Shown here: positions 35,801 through 44,711 of the stretch, piece by piece
Layout: every line of letters starts with the position of its first letter
Numbering within the stretch: the stretch's first letter is position 1
DNA from: a virus
Virus record (IMG/VR): IMGVR_UViG_3300042547_000432
Length of the DNA stretch: 64,000 nucleotides
Reading direction: 5' to 3' (one strand)
The notes under the pieces: model-generated
The model's database searches: none
Told to the model about the DNA's origin: nothing
What the model saw: only the letters and a program-made list of their open reading frames with translations
Program-made: the position numbers and the translations under genes

Positions 35801-37763
35801 GAATGCCAGAACCAAACACTTTAATAGCAGCTGCGCCAACAGTACCGCCAAATGTTACGGGAGTTGTTGACAGAGATGGGTTTGTTGAGGATAGAGTGAT
35901 GGATGTTGAAGTTACAGCAGATACAAAATAATTTGTATTAGTAGTTACTCCAGTCAATGAACCAGCATTAGTGAATCTAACAACAGAACCAACACGAGTT
36001 GGAAGATCACCATCTCCAAGATTTGATAGTGTATTTACTGTTAGAGTAGCACCAGAAGCAGCGGTAATCGTTGGACTAAAAGTATTTTCAAATATTTTAG
36101 TTCTCAATAGAGTGTTTGTGGAAGCTGCTGTGCCAGATAGAGAGAATGTCGTGGAGGCAATAGTCTGATTTGTGAAAGCAGCACCAGTGCTATTTGATGG
36201 TCCTTCCATGATGAAGAAACTATCAGTTTCTCTCCAGTTTTGATTTAAAAATCCAGCAGTAACAGGAGTTGCTTTTACTACATAAACACCATCAAGACCA
36301 GTAACTCCAGTACCACTTAAAGTAATCTGACGCTCTGGGTATACGCCCATTTGCTTATTAGTTCTTCCGTTGAAAGTAACTTTAATTTCAGATTGATTAT
36401 TTACAACTTGAATTGTCGAAATATTATCTTGAATGTCATATCCTCTGCTATTAAACAGAGAAAATGTTAGGTTGCCAGTACCAGCAGCGTTGAAATCAAC
36501 AAGTACATCACCATTGTAAGCGTTTTGTGGGTTTGTTGCTAATCTAAAAGTATCTCCATCAATAACACTAACATAGAAGAATGCTGAAGCAGCTGCTCCA
36601 GTACCATTGTTGTAAATTGGTAATTGACCAGCGGCAACAGGAAAACGACCACCAGAGATGACGTTGATTGTTGGGTGGGAACCAGTAGAACCAAGATAAG
36701 TGATAGGATCACCAGTCACTAATCCGTGATTTGGAATTGTGATGGTGTCATTAACTACAGAAATTGATGTAGCTGCGTCAATTACACGAAGATATGTTCC
36801 TGCGTGGAATGGCTCGTAGGGATTGAAGTCGCCAGTATCAAGACCATATGAAATTCTATCTTCGACATTACCGCCAGAAGTAATAGAACCAGCTGAGAAC
36901 GATATTTTGGTGTTGGATAGAGTATTTGTTAGGTAGAAAGGAGAACCTACTTTAAATCCATGCTTATATGGAGTTGTTACAGTTAATTCACTTAAAGAAG
37001 CGCCATTTGTAACAACTGGTCCTTCATCAACAGAAATACTATTGTCAAAAGGAATTTGTGACTGAACGTAGAAACGACCAGTCGTGATGGTTACATAAGC
37101 AGTATTAATGCTTACAGGAACTGAAGGAGAACCAGGCTGAACAGTTCTTGTTTCGTATGTAAATGTAAGGTCGGTTGTCTTACGAACAAGGAAAGTACCT
37201 TCTGCCGTAATACTATCGAGACCACGAACATCAATAGGAATACCTGTTGTTAGACCATGTGGTGAAGTACAAGTAACAGTAACAACTCTACTACCGTTGG
37301 TCGTAACGTCGGCAATATTTGTTAGAGGAGTATCGCCAGTAATTGAATAATATCCAGGGATATTATTTACTCTTTCTAAAGTTTCCCATTTGGTTGCTTG
37401 TAGACCATACTCAAAGTCGGTATCAATCAGAGTGTTTGGCTCCGATACACGGAACTTGGATACGGGATCAAGAAGAGTATCTACTGGTTTAATTTCTACA
37501 CCATCTTCTTCAGTGAAAATCTGAAGAACATCGGTATCACTCATACCAGTGGTATCATAATTTAAAGTAACAGTAGTTTGATCTGTTGCGGTGTTATAAG
37601 TAACCGAAGTTGCTTTTAGAGCAGGATCACCAACATTGTAAATTACAATGTTAGCAGTCGCGTTGTTGATTAAGAGTAATCTCTTAAAGTTGACATTACC
37701 ATTTAATATAATCTGACGGGCAGCTTTATTAAATGAATAGTCAAATGCTAATTTTCTTGCCAT
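29892..37763 (-). CDS. Giant modular virion / fibre protein, 2623 aa
   Basis: About 11 HG(L/F)xxG modules, one CBM5/12-like repeat, C-terminal domain shared with the 461-aa protein; T/S/G/N-rich. Confidence 0.85.
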   Translation of the reverse strand: MARKLAFDYSFNKAARQIILNGNVNFKRLLLINNATANIVIYNVGDPALKATSVTYNTATDQTTVTLNYDTTGMSDTDVLQIFTEEDGVEIKPVDTLLDPVSKFRVSEPNTLIDTDFEYGLQATKWETLERVNNIPGYYSITGDTPLTNIADVTTNGSRVVTVTCTSPHGLTTGIPIDVRGLDSITAEGTFLVRKTTDLTFTYETRTVQPGSPSVPVSINTAYVTITTGRFYVQSQIPFDNSISVDEGPVVTNGASLSELTVTTPYKHGFKVGSPFYLTNTLSNTKISFSAGSITSGGNVEDRISYGLDTGDFNPYEPFHAGTYLRVIDAATSISVVNDTITIPNHGLVTGDPITYLGSTGSHPTINVISGGRFPVAAGQLPIYNNGTGAAASAFFYVSVIDGDTFRLATNPQNAYNGDVLVDFNAAGTGNLTFSLFNSRGYDIQDNISTIQVVNNQSEIKVTFNGRTNKQMGVYPERQITLSGTGVTGLDGVYVVKATPVTAGFLNQNWRETDSFFIMEGPSNSTGAAFTNQTIASTTFSLSGTAASTNTLLRTKIFENTFSPTITAASGATLTVNTLSNLGDGDLPTRVGSVVRFTNAGSLTGVTTNTNYFVSAVTSTSITLSSTNPSLSTTPVTFGGTVGAAAIKVFGSGIRTQVHDAASSWLNHNRVSIHDWASITSKMFTRECVSSNRIFIKNHGLVSGVPVMYVGGGNTWTGGSNPPVESASATAIYFIEPVNKDELELRISETVAGPGPYSGSTSATRIDFSTANTWAGGVYQLHPGFTIDTFSDAAGGAAGGRDRVIGAYANLPAYMTEKAEIILKLGTGSTMPGGVTETPNTYASYQKYYARTLINTGPLSSRSEFSITLAETGSPINFTTNRTVGAGRFFCARIAENRFSNSFYLPNHGGITGQRTSYSISGSFTNGTTDTQGVFPGTAGFPGPLFDYVQDVTGVNWPRVTMTMTQNTAQIQGLSNTRYFMVPVTDDIFKVQLYSTAAGVLPSGQPTVQMSITGTASQATTSVSGPFGTTKVKFANTTVANQFGNRIFLPIEQQTLVEGDVVRYESTGSSEVGSAYVGAPGLVNGNLFTVRNVSDFTPLSTGFFTTIFHDADATVLTLNTSIGSAIQPGNTLWTGSYLNERMLVTAVSGNTVTVVRGFGGTTPTQIPHEITLYRINGSFQLQVRDTATPRSFAVGFGSTSEPNNWWTLTNHGLRIGETVAISAFSTGGSINNTIINTSQAANAQLYFAIPIDANTFQLAHSRAAAFAGFPIDITAPGTGGSWSFVQYYDSVPLASSASGTHTLVNVSSTGTIDGGYDASAVSDYKMTFAPGRNISSRSIIFDPSKNVDLKNGTFLYQNHGFTTGTRVVYSKNGNSFEIGRSSGNTHPRQGYSALYDLQITNITSTGTQVTYNFGTLPSSPFDIVPNQTVTISGVTVGGSTNNGYNGTFKVISSTVSSVTVANTTTGGSPAGTSFVSGTYYAIRRNLDLFELAYTKDDAIKGIAIRNYSTSGTINAGHTLTTSQVTGESLGNGLATIVARDIIVNGSSASVILSASDRIVLSSHGFVTGDRVIYQVWGNGRQINGLVSGRQYFVNNTQNLSAVQRGGAASGQSTNQFSLHNTWLGAYTNTDLVDILGVGTSTLHQFKVTNPTLRGTTFKGDWNASDNYLYGDVVLYRNSYYMSVVGATPPGSTTFTANSNQPPVQDSDGRANINWMLLPPLPSYSTRFLAQYRGGDSIKLSNRMPVKTLVFSGTVAGSNALTSTSTGIFNISGHGLSTGDAIMYKLDAQGGWHQATNGNWQEYVSQLPQQPYAGMTVNTIYYVNVINDNDFTIHTSPSGAFIGGSTGAGVDQVIPTASGTGSTHRFEKVEGFVFDMQVIAINNDADMVVTDPYPTRQIIFNPQSTTNTVSGLAIPVVSTERSEIYIPNHGLNTGVKVYYSNGFGIGNAIGGLTDGQTYYVIKINEDVIRLAANLSNALTMQRITLTSTGAGFNHYLVAATYCGSSYIRYQSGGALSADNVLTNANYYLNQNTSNIRDGVLQALPFIYETQMFVRPDCLNLHRSFDGGVEISAAKAPGVNIVRQTRRYFRYQSGKGLQYSTGINFSPSIDVSSINHDGTQFATVVTRKPHKLVAGNKIIIEDVTVTSGVATPYTTPSNGQFFTVNNVIDEFTFRYATNGVPADVNPAGFPALFLYEWADAKVRAGMFDDQNGMFFEYDGQDLYCVRRNATAQMAGTVSCAFKSNAIVGTGTKFTKQLVVGDYVAVRGMTYKVTAVDSDTSIHISPSYRGTTRSKIIMSKVRDLKVPQSQWNIDKCDGNGVTGFKLDIHRQQMAYMDYSWYGAGKVRFGFKDQDGIVTYVHEFVHNNHENEAYLRSGNLPARYEVENGNNPTYAPSLYHWGASVIMDGKFEDDKAYLFTVASGSVGSDTVSISGNLSGTAVPILSIRLAPSVASSLVGPLGERDLINRMILKMNSCGIVCTPEVADQTTGVLNTTVTATRRDASSVRLILNGNLSQAAYFTNYGAPSLCQIIKHTGQVADTITGGVSIFEFRAAAGAPSVQELGELVEMGNSILGGDYVFPNGPDVLTLAVVTTIPFLNTQLPGAGANERGRTAVTARISWTESQA
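31375..37260 (-). repeat. Dispersed protein repeats (N/S/G/P)-H-G-(L/F)-x-x-G
   Basis: SPHGLTTG, KHGFKVG, NHGLVTG, NHGLVSG, NHGGITG, NHGLRIG, NHGFTTG, SHGFVTG, GHGLSTG, NHGLNTG, PHKLVAG. Confidence 0.8.
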
Positions 37764-37786
37764 TTTAGTTTTTTCTCCTTTTTAAA

Positions 37787-38686
37787 TTAGAATCCGAAGG
37801 TTAGCGAATAAGTTAGAGCTGCCGCTTTAACCGCAGCGATTTGTTGGGTCACGTTACTGGTATTATCACCCTGAGCAAATAATTCCCAGAAAGCAGGTGC
37901 TTGTTCTGGATCTCTTGCTCCACCATTGGCAATGGTGTATTCTTGGATATTTATCCAAGCACTAGCACCTTTAAATACAATTTCACCGATATTATAATCT
38001 GTAACAGCACTCCAGGTTCCTCTCCACTTGAGTCCTGTTTGCATGAAAGACCACTTTGTTACATCTGACGAAGGTTTTACATTTGTGCTTGCTGTGATAG
38101 CAACATATAAAGAACCACCATATTGAACTACGTCACCAGGCTTATATGCTGTTGCCGAACTCCATGCTCCCTGAGGAAACAATCCTTTGATAAGAAGTCC
38201 CCAATCGGTGGGACTTGATCCAGGAGCAATATTGGTATTTGTGGTGAGTGAGGTGAAAGTATATCCACCATATGCCACAATATCTCCTTTTTGATATTCT
38301 GTTGTACTTGACCACGTATCCTCAAACTTTAGTCCTTCTAAGTACGTTGAGAATTTAGTAGCATCAAACGTGCTTGCTGAAGTGTGTTGAGTTGTACAAA
38401 CATAAATCGTGTTACCATAAGTAACAAGGTCATTTAGTTTGTAGAAAGTGGTTGCTGCCCATGTTCCCTTTACTTCGTATCCTGGAACGTGGACATTCCA
38501 TCTGGTTGGAGATGCTCCAATATCATTGGTGTAAAATGCCGCTTCAGATGCGGCAGATGTATGGTTAGCAGTACAAACATATGTATTGCCACCAAACTTC
38601 ACGATATCATCAATTTCGTAGGCTGTTGTAGCAGTCCAAGCGCCTCTCCAATTAAATTTTAATCTACCTAATCTGAAGTCTGCCAT
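37787..38686 (-). CDS. Fibre-associated protein with five CBM5/12-like repeats, 299 aa
   Basis: Five copies of (G/D)-x-W-x4-Y-x2-(G/D/N)-(D/E)-x-V-x-(Y/F/K)-G. Confidence 0.8.
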   Translation of the reverse strand: MADFRLGRLKFNWRGAWTATTAYEIDDIVKFGGNTYVCTANHTSAASEAAFYTNDIGASPTRWNVHVPGYEVKGTWAATTFYKLNDLVTYGNTIYVCTTQHTSASTFDATKFSTYLEGLKFEDTWSSTTEYQKGDIVAYGGYTFTSLTTNTNIAPGSSPTDWGLLIKGLFPQGAWSSATAYKPGDVVQYGGSLYVAITASTNVKPSSDVTKWSFMQTGLKWRGTWSAVTDYNIGEIVFKGASAWINIQEYTIANGGARDPEQAPAFWELFAQGDNTSNVTQQIAAVKAAALTYSLTFGF

Positions 38687-38698
38687 GTTAATTTCCTA

Positions 38699-39073
38699 TT
38701 ATTTTGGTCCTGAGTATGTGTAATTAGCATTAAGTCTTGCGACCATGTAACCATCATCATCAATAAAATACCTCACTTTTTTGTTTTCAAATCTATACTG
38801 CTGGTATTTATCATTCGCATTATTTAAATCACCAAATCCATTAATATTATTTCTGTCTCTTCCATTTGGAAGTGCTTCTACATAATCTTCATTTAATGAA
38901 GCAAATAAATTATCAACTGGTTCATTGCGTACATCAATAACACCAGCGGATAATGTATCTTCTAATGTATAAACTAACATGCCATCAGCAGTTCTTGTGA
39001 GAGCATGAAAATCGTAAATATTTGATCCTGAACTACCTCCAGAATTAATTAAACTACTTAAGTTAATAGACAT
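38699..39073 (-). CDS. Hypothetical virion-cluster protein, 124 aa (start revised to MSINL)
   Basis: FHALTRTADGML...YRFENKKVRYFIDDDGYMVARLN; start follows the upstream stop. Confidence 0.75.
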   Translation of the reverse strand: MSINLSSLINSGGSSGSNIYDFHALTRTADGMLVYTLEDTLSAGVIDVRNEPVDNLFASLNEDYVEALPNGRDRNNINGFGDLNNANDKYQQYRFENKKVRYFIDDDGYMVARLNANYTYSGPK

Positions 39074-39074
39074 T

Positions 39075-41312
39075 TTAGTATACCCTCCAGTATGAACCTG
39101 TCCATACAACATCAATGCTTGCGCCAGAATAATCAAGTACTAAAGCATTATCAATTACTCCAGTGCTAACTAAGAATGATTTGTTGTTAGCATTAATAAC
39201 AGCATTAGCAGTGCTCCAAGTATTAGCACCATCAGCAAATCTAATAATATCCCCAATATTTGGGTTTGCTGGTAATGAAGCACTAACTAATCCATATGAT
39301 GTGTCTACTATGTAATTTTTATTTGATTGTAATTGATTACTTGTAGTATTGAATGTTGCTGTCACAAAATATGGCGATAAAGTTCCAGAAACATTTTTTG
39401 TTCCCATCATAACAAAATACTCACTTCCACCTATGCTGACATAATTAAAATTCAATGTGCTAATACTTGTTCCAAATTCAAATACTGGTTGATTGAAAAA
39501 CGCCCAGTCTTTTCCATTAACAGATCTTAAAGTATTTCCAGCCGAATCCATGACCAAATATGCTTGTGTAGCTGGAAAATATCTAAACGAAGATATGGTT
39601 GTTAAATTTTGAGGATTGATGATTAGATCTGTCCAAGTAGTTCCATTTGTGGATGTTTTAATCGTAACGTCGTTGCTTGTCAAATCATCTATAACAGCGA
39701 TAAATCCAGTGCCAAATGCTTGTAAATGTACCTTTCTTGATCCACCAACATTTAATCTTTGGGTCCATGTTGTGCCATTAATCGAAGATGAAATTTCACC
39801 TGAACTACCACCAACAACAAACACACCGTTGTTATAAGCAAATGACGTAATTGAAGATGCGATATTACTTACTCTGGATGTAAAAGTAGTTGATCCAGTT
39901 GAAGATCCGATTTCACCAAAACTTCCTCCTATCAGTTGAACGCCATTTGCTGAAAAAGTTGCTACGATATCAGCTCCAGAACCACCAAATGGTCCAGATG
40001 AAGTTACCCATGTATCTCCATTAGATGAAGTAACCACAGTATTAGCATTTCCGCCAACAAAGAAAAAGGATCCTCCCCATGATACAGAATTTAAATTATT
40101 TGGTGTTCCTGAAGTTCTCGCACTCCAATTTACTAAATCTGATGAAGAAGAAATTTTTCCGCCATCTGAAATTATTACATGTTTTGGAATAAATGTATTT
40201 TCGTTAAAAGCATATCCTTTTACATTAGTTTGTGGCGATACTTGTGTGTTTCTTTCTGTTAAAGCTGAGATGGAAGTTGGAATAGCAGCTAAAAATGTCC
40301 ATCCAACCAGTGTTCCAGCTGTAGATTGAGTTAGAATTTCTTCCCATCTGGTTTGAGATTGGTTGTAAATTTTTGGTGCGTTTGTGAACGTATTAAAAAT
40401 TAACTGACCATCAGTTGGACTTGCTGGGTCTGTGAGAACTGTGAGATTTAATTTTTCGGGAGTAATAGAACCATTTGAAATTTCTGAATTGCCAATTGCT
40501 CCTTGGGCAATTTTATCTGATGTGATGGCATCAGTAGCAATTTTATCTCCAGTGACATTTAAATCACGGATGTGATTTGTAGTAACTGCTCTGTCAGAAT
40601 CAACTAAAGGACTACTCTTTAGTTTGGAAGAATCTACTGCTCCACCTGCTAACTTTCCAGTAGTGATGTTTAAATCACGAATATGATTTGTGGTGACAGC
40701 TCTATCAGCATCTATTGAAGCACTTGACTTCAATTTTAAGTTGTCTACCGCACCGTCAGCAATCTTGCCATTTGTTACAGCGGTATCAGCAAGTTTAGCA
40801 GTTGTGACATTTAAATCACGAATCTTAGCAGTAGTTACTGCTTCTGCTCCAGCTGTACCATCTAACTTAATTGTGGTGATAGCACCGTCACCTACATCAG
40901 CTGCGATTACTGTGCCAGGAGCAATCTTATCAGAAGTGATCGCATTATCAGCAATCTTGGCAGTAGTAACAGCAGAATCTTTTATAGTTTCTGTAGTTAC
41001 GGTATCTGTTCCAGGTTTGTTGAGAGAAATTCTATCTCCAATAATAGCAAAGAAAATTGCTCCAGAAGATGGCGCAATCGCAAAAGTAATGATGTTACTT
41101 TGAATAAAGAAATCTACTTTTGGATTTAACTGACCGCCATTAAGTACTGCTTGTACTAATAGTTCTGTATCTGGATAAACTGGTTCCCCTTCAATCGTTA
41201 GATAGAATTGAGTTGCGGAACCATTAAATCCAACGCCACCGCCAACTCTTTGGAGGGGAGTATCAATTTTTCTATTATCTGTCCTTGTGGGACTTATACC
41301 TAAGTATGGCAT
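39075..41312 (-). CDS. Fibre-like virion protein, 745 aa: decapeptide repeats plus a probable beta-propeller
   Basis: AVTTAKIxD repeats, then repeated S-x-D/N-G-x-x-W units (SSNGDTW, SINGTTW, STNGTTW, SVNGKDW). Confidence 0.8.
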   Translation of the reverse strand: MPYLGISPTRTDNRKIDTPLQRVGGGVGFNGSATQFYLTIEGEPVYPDTELLVQAVLNGGQLNPKVDFFIQSNIITFAIAPSSGAIFFAIIGDRISLNKPGTDTVTTETIKDSAVTTAKIADNAITSDKIAPGTVIAADVGDGAITTIKLDGTAGAEAVTTAKIRDLNVTTAKLADTAVTNGKIADGAVDNLKLKSSASIDADRAVTTNHIRDLNITTGKLAGGAVDSSKLKSSPLVDSDRAVTTNHIRDLNVTGDKIATDAITSDKIAQGAIGNSEISNGSITPEKLNLTVLTDPASPTDGQLIFNTFTNAPKIYNQSQTRWEEILTQSTAGTLVGWTFLAAIPTSISALTERNTQVSPQTNVKGYAFNENTFIPKHVIISDGGKISSSSDLVNWSARTSGTPNNLNSVSWGGSFFFVGGNANTVVTSSNGDTWVTSSGPFGGSGADIVATFSANGVQLIGGSFGEIGSSTGSTTFTSRVSNIASSITSFAYNNGVFVVGGSSGEISSSINGTTWTQRLNVGGSRKVHLQAFGTGFIAVIDDLTSNDVTIKTSTNGTTWTDLIINPQNLTTISSFRYFPATQAYLVMDSAGNTLRSVNGKDWAFFNQPVFEFGTSISTLNFNYVSIGGSEYFVMMGTKNVSGTLSPYFVTATFNTTSNQLQSNKNYIVDTSYGLVSASLPANPNIGDIIRFADGANTWSTANAVINANNKSFLVSTGVIDNALVLDYSGASIDVVWTGSYWRVY
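40450..41003 (-). repeat. 10-aa repeats nested in a ~37-aa higher-order repeat
   Basis: DRAVTTNHIRDLN twice and TTAKIRDLN once; TTTAAATCACG recurs on the plus strand. Confidence 0.8.
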
Positions 41313-41323
41313 TACTCCTCCTA

Positions 41324-41656
41324 TTAATTAGTAATTTCTAAGAAACTTAATAAGACATCCATACCGCCAGCAGTGTCACATCGTACTCTTACTTGATCCC
41401 CAACTTCCAATACAATCTTTTGCCCTGATAGAACTTCGAAAGAAGCACCAGTAGGAATGGGAATATTTTTAATTAAATTAGCATCAGCACCAGACGCCTT
41501 ATCAATTTGAACATCGGCAACTACAGAAGAGGTTGCTACACAAGCAAGGTTTAGTCCAATGATGATTGCTACACTATTGGCAGGGCAAGTATATACTGAG
41601 GTATATGTTGTACCAACAGCTGCGCTTACTCTGGATCTAAAGGTATTAGTTGCCAT
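41324..41656 (-). CDS. Small beta-sandwich virion protein, 110 aa
   Basis: YTCPA...LIKNIPIPTGASFEVLSGQKIVLEVGD. Confidence 0.8.
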   Translation of the reverse strand: MATNTFRSRVSAAVGTTYTSVYTCPANSVAIIIGLNLACVATSSVVADVQIDKASGADANLIKNIPIPTGASFEVLSGQKIVLEVGDQVRVRCDTAGGMDVLLSFLEITN

Positions 41657-41657
41657 T

Positions 41658-41927
41658 TTATCCTAACGCGATTGATAATGCCAAAACATCTTCAACAAAA
41701 ACAGGTGTTACCCACGATAGATCTCCCGACCCATTCGTTTGTAACACCTGTCTGTCTACGCCAGCAGTTGTGGGTAGAGTCAATGTGTAATTAGCGGAAA
41801 GAGATGATGGCGCTCGAAGCGAAACAGAATTGTCTCCATTCGAAGATAATTCTTGTAACTCTAATCTATTCTGATTTTGTACGACGACGCCGTTTTTTAC
41901 GACGAACGCCTTAGCATTCGTTGCCAT
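41658..41927 (-). CDS. Fibre-related protein, 89 aa
   Basis: YTLTLPTTAG...VLQTNGSGDLSW, ends ALSIALG. Confidence 0.75.
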   Translation of the reverse strand: MATNAKAFVVKNGVVVQNQNRLELQELSSNGDNSVSLRAPSSLSANYTLTLPTTAGVDRQVLQTNGSGDLSWVTPVFVEDVLALSIALG

Positions 41928-41965
41928 GAAGGTTCACTCTCCCCTTCCGCTAAATTTTCTATCTT

Positions 41966-41973
41966 TATTTATA
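41966..41973 (-). promoter_or_regulatory. Late promoter TATAAATA (leftward)
   Basis: Exact consensus. Confidence 0.8.
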
Positions 41974-41990
41974 CAATTAAAATACTGAAT

Positions 41991-41998
41991 TATAAATA
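41991..41998 (+). promoter_or_regulatory. Late promoter TATAAATA (rightward)
   Basis: Exact consensus 28 nt upstream of the ATG at 42027. Confidence 0.85.
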
Positions 41999-42026
41999 CT
42001 ATTACGGAAAAATGTAGGAAATCATA

Positions 42027-44708
42027 ATGCCATCACAAAACCAATTTCCTTGGTCAACCGTTGAAAAAATTGCCGCAAATCTATTCACCAATGGTTTTCA
42101 TAGTGGAATTAGTTTTGCTTATGATTCACAGAATGGAAGAATAAACGCAACTTCTACGGGCGGCGGTGGCGGCGGTTCAACACCACCAAGTTTAAGCATA
42201 ACTACTCAGGGAGCGTCTGGGTCTGGAGCATTAACATATAATAGTACATCTGGCGTTCTAACTTTTACTCCACCACTACTAACTGGATACGCACAAAAGA
42301 ATGCTGCTGAAACATTCTCTTCATTAGTGGTTGGAACAAGTACAACATCGCCAACTGTTTTAGCAAACACTATTACGAATACAACTGGTGGTCCAGTTTC
42401 ATTTAGCGCAGGACTGGATACACCTTCACTAAGAATTAATGGATCAAATGGTATATCTGGTCAATATCTAACAAGCACTGGTGCGGGTGCTACGTGGACA
42501 ACTACCAGTTTTATCTCGGAAAATTCCTCACCAACATTATCAAATTTAAGTATAACTGGTAATCTTAATGTAGTTGGAACGATTACAACAAATAATCTAA
42601 CAACATTAAATGTTACTAACAATCAAATTATATTAAATGATAGTGTTGTTGGACAACCAACAGCTAATGCCAGTATCATCGTTGAAAGAGGATCTTCAAA
42701 TGATACTGTTATTCGTTGGAATGAATTGAGTGACAGGTGGGAGTTTACTAATGATGGAATTACATACCAGAACATTCCAGTTCCAACTGATTATAATAAT
42801 TACAATAATTTACTGAATAGACCAACTATTCCAGCAGCACAAGTGAATGCTGATTGGACAGCAACAACTGGGGTTAGTGCTATTCTAAACAAACCAACAT
42901 TGTTTAGTGGAGCATATGCTGATCTAACTGGCAAACCAACAATTCCTACATTACTACAAAATCTTGGTAATGTTTCATCTGCCACTCCAATAACAGGAAA
43001 CATTTTGCGTTGGGATGGCACTCAATGGGCGCCTGCTTCCGCTGGTGGATCTGGAAGTGGTGGTGGAACCATGATTGGTCCAGTCACATCAACTGATAAA
43101 GCAATCGCAAGATGGAATGGAACAACAGGAAATGAAGTTCAAGACTCATTAGTTACTATATCTAATGATGGAGCAATTACTGCTCCAAGAACTAATAACC
43201 TTATTCCATTTTATTATGCCAGTATTGCTGAATTTCCTTCTGCTTCTGGAAACGAAGGTGCTTTGGTTTACTCGCAGTCTGGCGGTGCTCTATATTATTC
43301 TCATTCTGGTAGTTGGACAAATCAAAGAGTTGTAACAACTTCAAGCTCTACATCTTCAGATCTTCAAACACTCATTGGAAACTTTCAACAAACATACTCT
43401 ACATCGGTACAAGATTATACTGTTGGCAATACACAGCAAAATGCCGAAAGAAAAATTTTAAGACTCTCTGCTTCTGGTGGTGCCACGAGTGATGTTATTG
43501 TCAGAGCAACAAGCGGACTCAACATTTCCAGAGTCAACAATGAACTCACAATTACAGGAAGAACATATAATTTTAGTAGTGAAGCATCTGCTGGCAATAC
43601 TGTTAAATTAAGATTACAAGAAATCGGTATTGCTACTACAAATACCGATATCACTTTTGCTGGTGCTGATGGATTATTGGTTGAAAGAACCAACGCAACC
43701 ACAATCACATTCAGAGCTCCAGCAAATACAGTAACTCAATATACAGATGCGGCGGCAAAAGATGCTGCTGCGTTGATGTTGATTAATGGTAGTAAAGTTG
43801 GAGTTACATATACTTATGATAGTGTCAATAAAGTATTAAACACTATTGTTAGCGGCGGCGGTGGTGGTGGCACTGTTATTACATATGATTTACAAGGCAG
43901 AAATACTACCAGTAACAACGCATTCGTTGATCTTGTTCCAAGTAGTGGATTAACGGATAGCATTGAATTTGTTGGTAGTGCTGGCACGACTGTAAACTGG
44001 GATTCTGGAAACAGAAGAATCACGATTGGTAGCGTTGCTCCAGTTCAAGCAGACTGGAATCAAACTAATAATTCTTCTCTTGATTTTATTAAGAACAAAC
44101 CAACCATTCCTGCTGCGTACACACTTCCAACTGCTTCTGGTTCTGTCCTTGGTGGAATTAAAGTTGGTGCTAACTTAAGTATTGATGTCAATGGTGTTCT
44201 TAGCGCAAACACAGGTAGTTATACATTACCAACAGCAACCGCAACAGTTCTTGGCGGTATCAAGATTGGATCTGGATTAACCATTGATGGAAATGGAGTT
44301 GTCAGTGCTTCTGTAGCAGCAAGTGTTCCAACAATTCAAGAATTAAGTGGAACTACTGCGTCATTAGCTCCTGACACAACAGCAGAACTAAATATTACTG
44401 GATACAAAGCATATTCACTATTTAAAATTACAACAACTGCTGAGGCATGGGTTCGTGTATATACAGATGACGTATCAAGAGATGCTGATTCAACAAGAAG
44501 TGAAGGAACAGATCCAACAGCAGGTTCTGGTGTTATCGCTGAAATAAGAACTGATGGTGTTACAAATACAGTATTAATCAGTCCAGGTATCTTGGGATTC
44601 AATAATGATAGTCCAAGAACCACAACAATCTATCTCTCTGTTACAAACAGAAGTACCTCATCCACCCCAATTACAGTAACTCTAACAGCATTAAAGATCG
44701 GAGAATAA
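42027..44708 (+). CDS. Tail fibre-like protein, 893 aa
   Basis: Poly-Gly hinges; QADW...KNKP and YTLPTA...LGGIK repeats; C-terminal AWVRVYTD domain. Confidence 0.85.
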   Translation: MPSQNQFPWSTVEKIAANLFTNGFHSGISFAYDSQNGRINATSTGGGGGGSTPPSLSITTQGASGSGALTYNSTSGVLTFTPPLLTGYAQKNAAETFSSLVVGTSTTSPTVLANTITNTTGGPVSFSAGLDTPSLRINGSNGISGQYLTSTGAGATWTTTSFISENSSPTLSNLSITGNLNVVGTITTNNLTTLNVTNNQIILNDSVVGQPTANASIIVERGSSNDTVIRWNELSDRWEFTNDGITYQNIPVPTDYNNYNNLLNRPTIPAAQVNADWTATTGVSAILNKPTLFSGAYADLTGKPTIPTLLQNLGNVSSATPITGNILRWDGTQWAPASAGGSGSGGGTMIGPVTSTDKAIARWNGTTGNEVQDSLVTISNDGAITAPRTNNLIPFYYASIAEFPSASGNEGALVYSQSGGALYYSHSGSWTNQRVVTTSSSTSSDLQTLIGNFQQTYSTSVQDYTVGNTQQNAERKILRLSASGGATSDVIVRATSGLNISRVNNELTITGRTYNFSSEASAGNTVKLRLQEIGIATTNTDITFAGADGLLVERTNATTITFRAPANTVTQYTDAAAKDAAALMLINGSKVGVTYTYDSVNKVLNTIVSGGGGGGTVITYDLQGRNTTSNNAFVDLVPSSGLTDSIEFVGSAGTTVNWDSGNRRITIGSVAPVQADWNQTNNSSLDFIKNKPTIPAAYTLPTASGSVLGGIKVGANLSIDVNGVLSANTGSYTLPTATATVLGGIKIGSGLTIDGNGVVSASVAASVPTIQELSGTTASLAPDTTAELNITGYKAYSLFKITTTAEAWVRVYTDDVSRDADSTRSEGTDPTAGSGVIAEIRTDGVTNTVLISPGILGFNNDSPRTTTIYLSVTNRSTSSTPITVTLTALKIGE

Positions 44709-44711
44709 AAA

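Noticed and set aside
5884-39136. Longest-ORF starts from the track (5937, 8120, 9920, 11747, 22578, 24420, 25232, 39136)
   Set aside because: They overlap promoters or upstream genes; downstream ATGs fit coupling and family N-termini better
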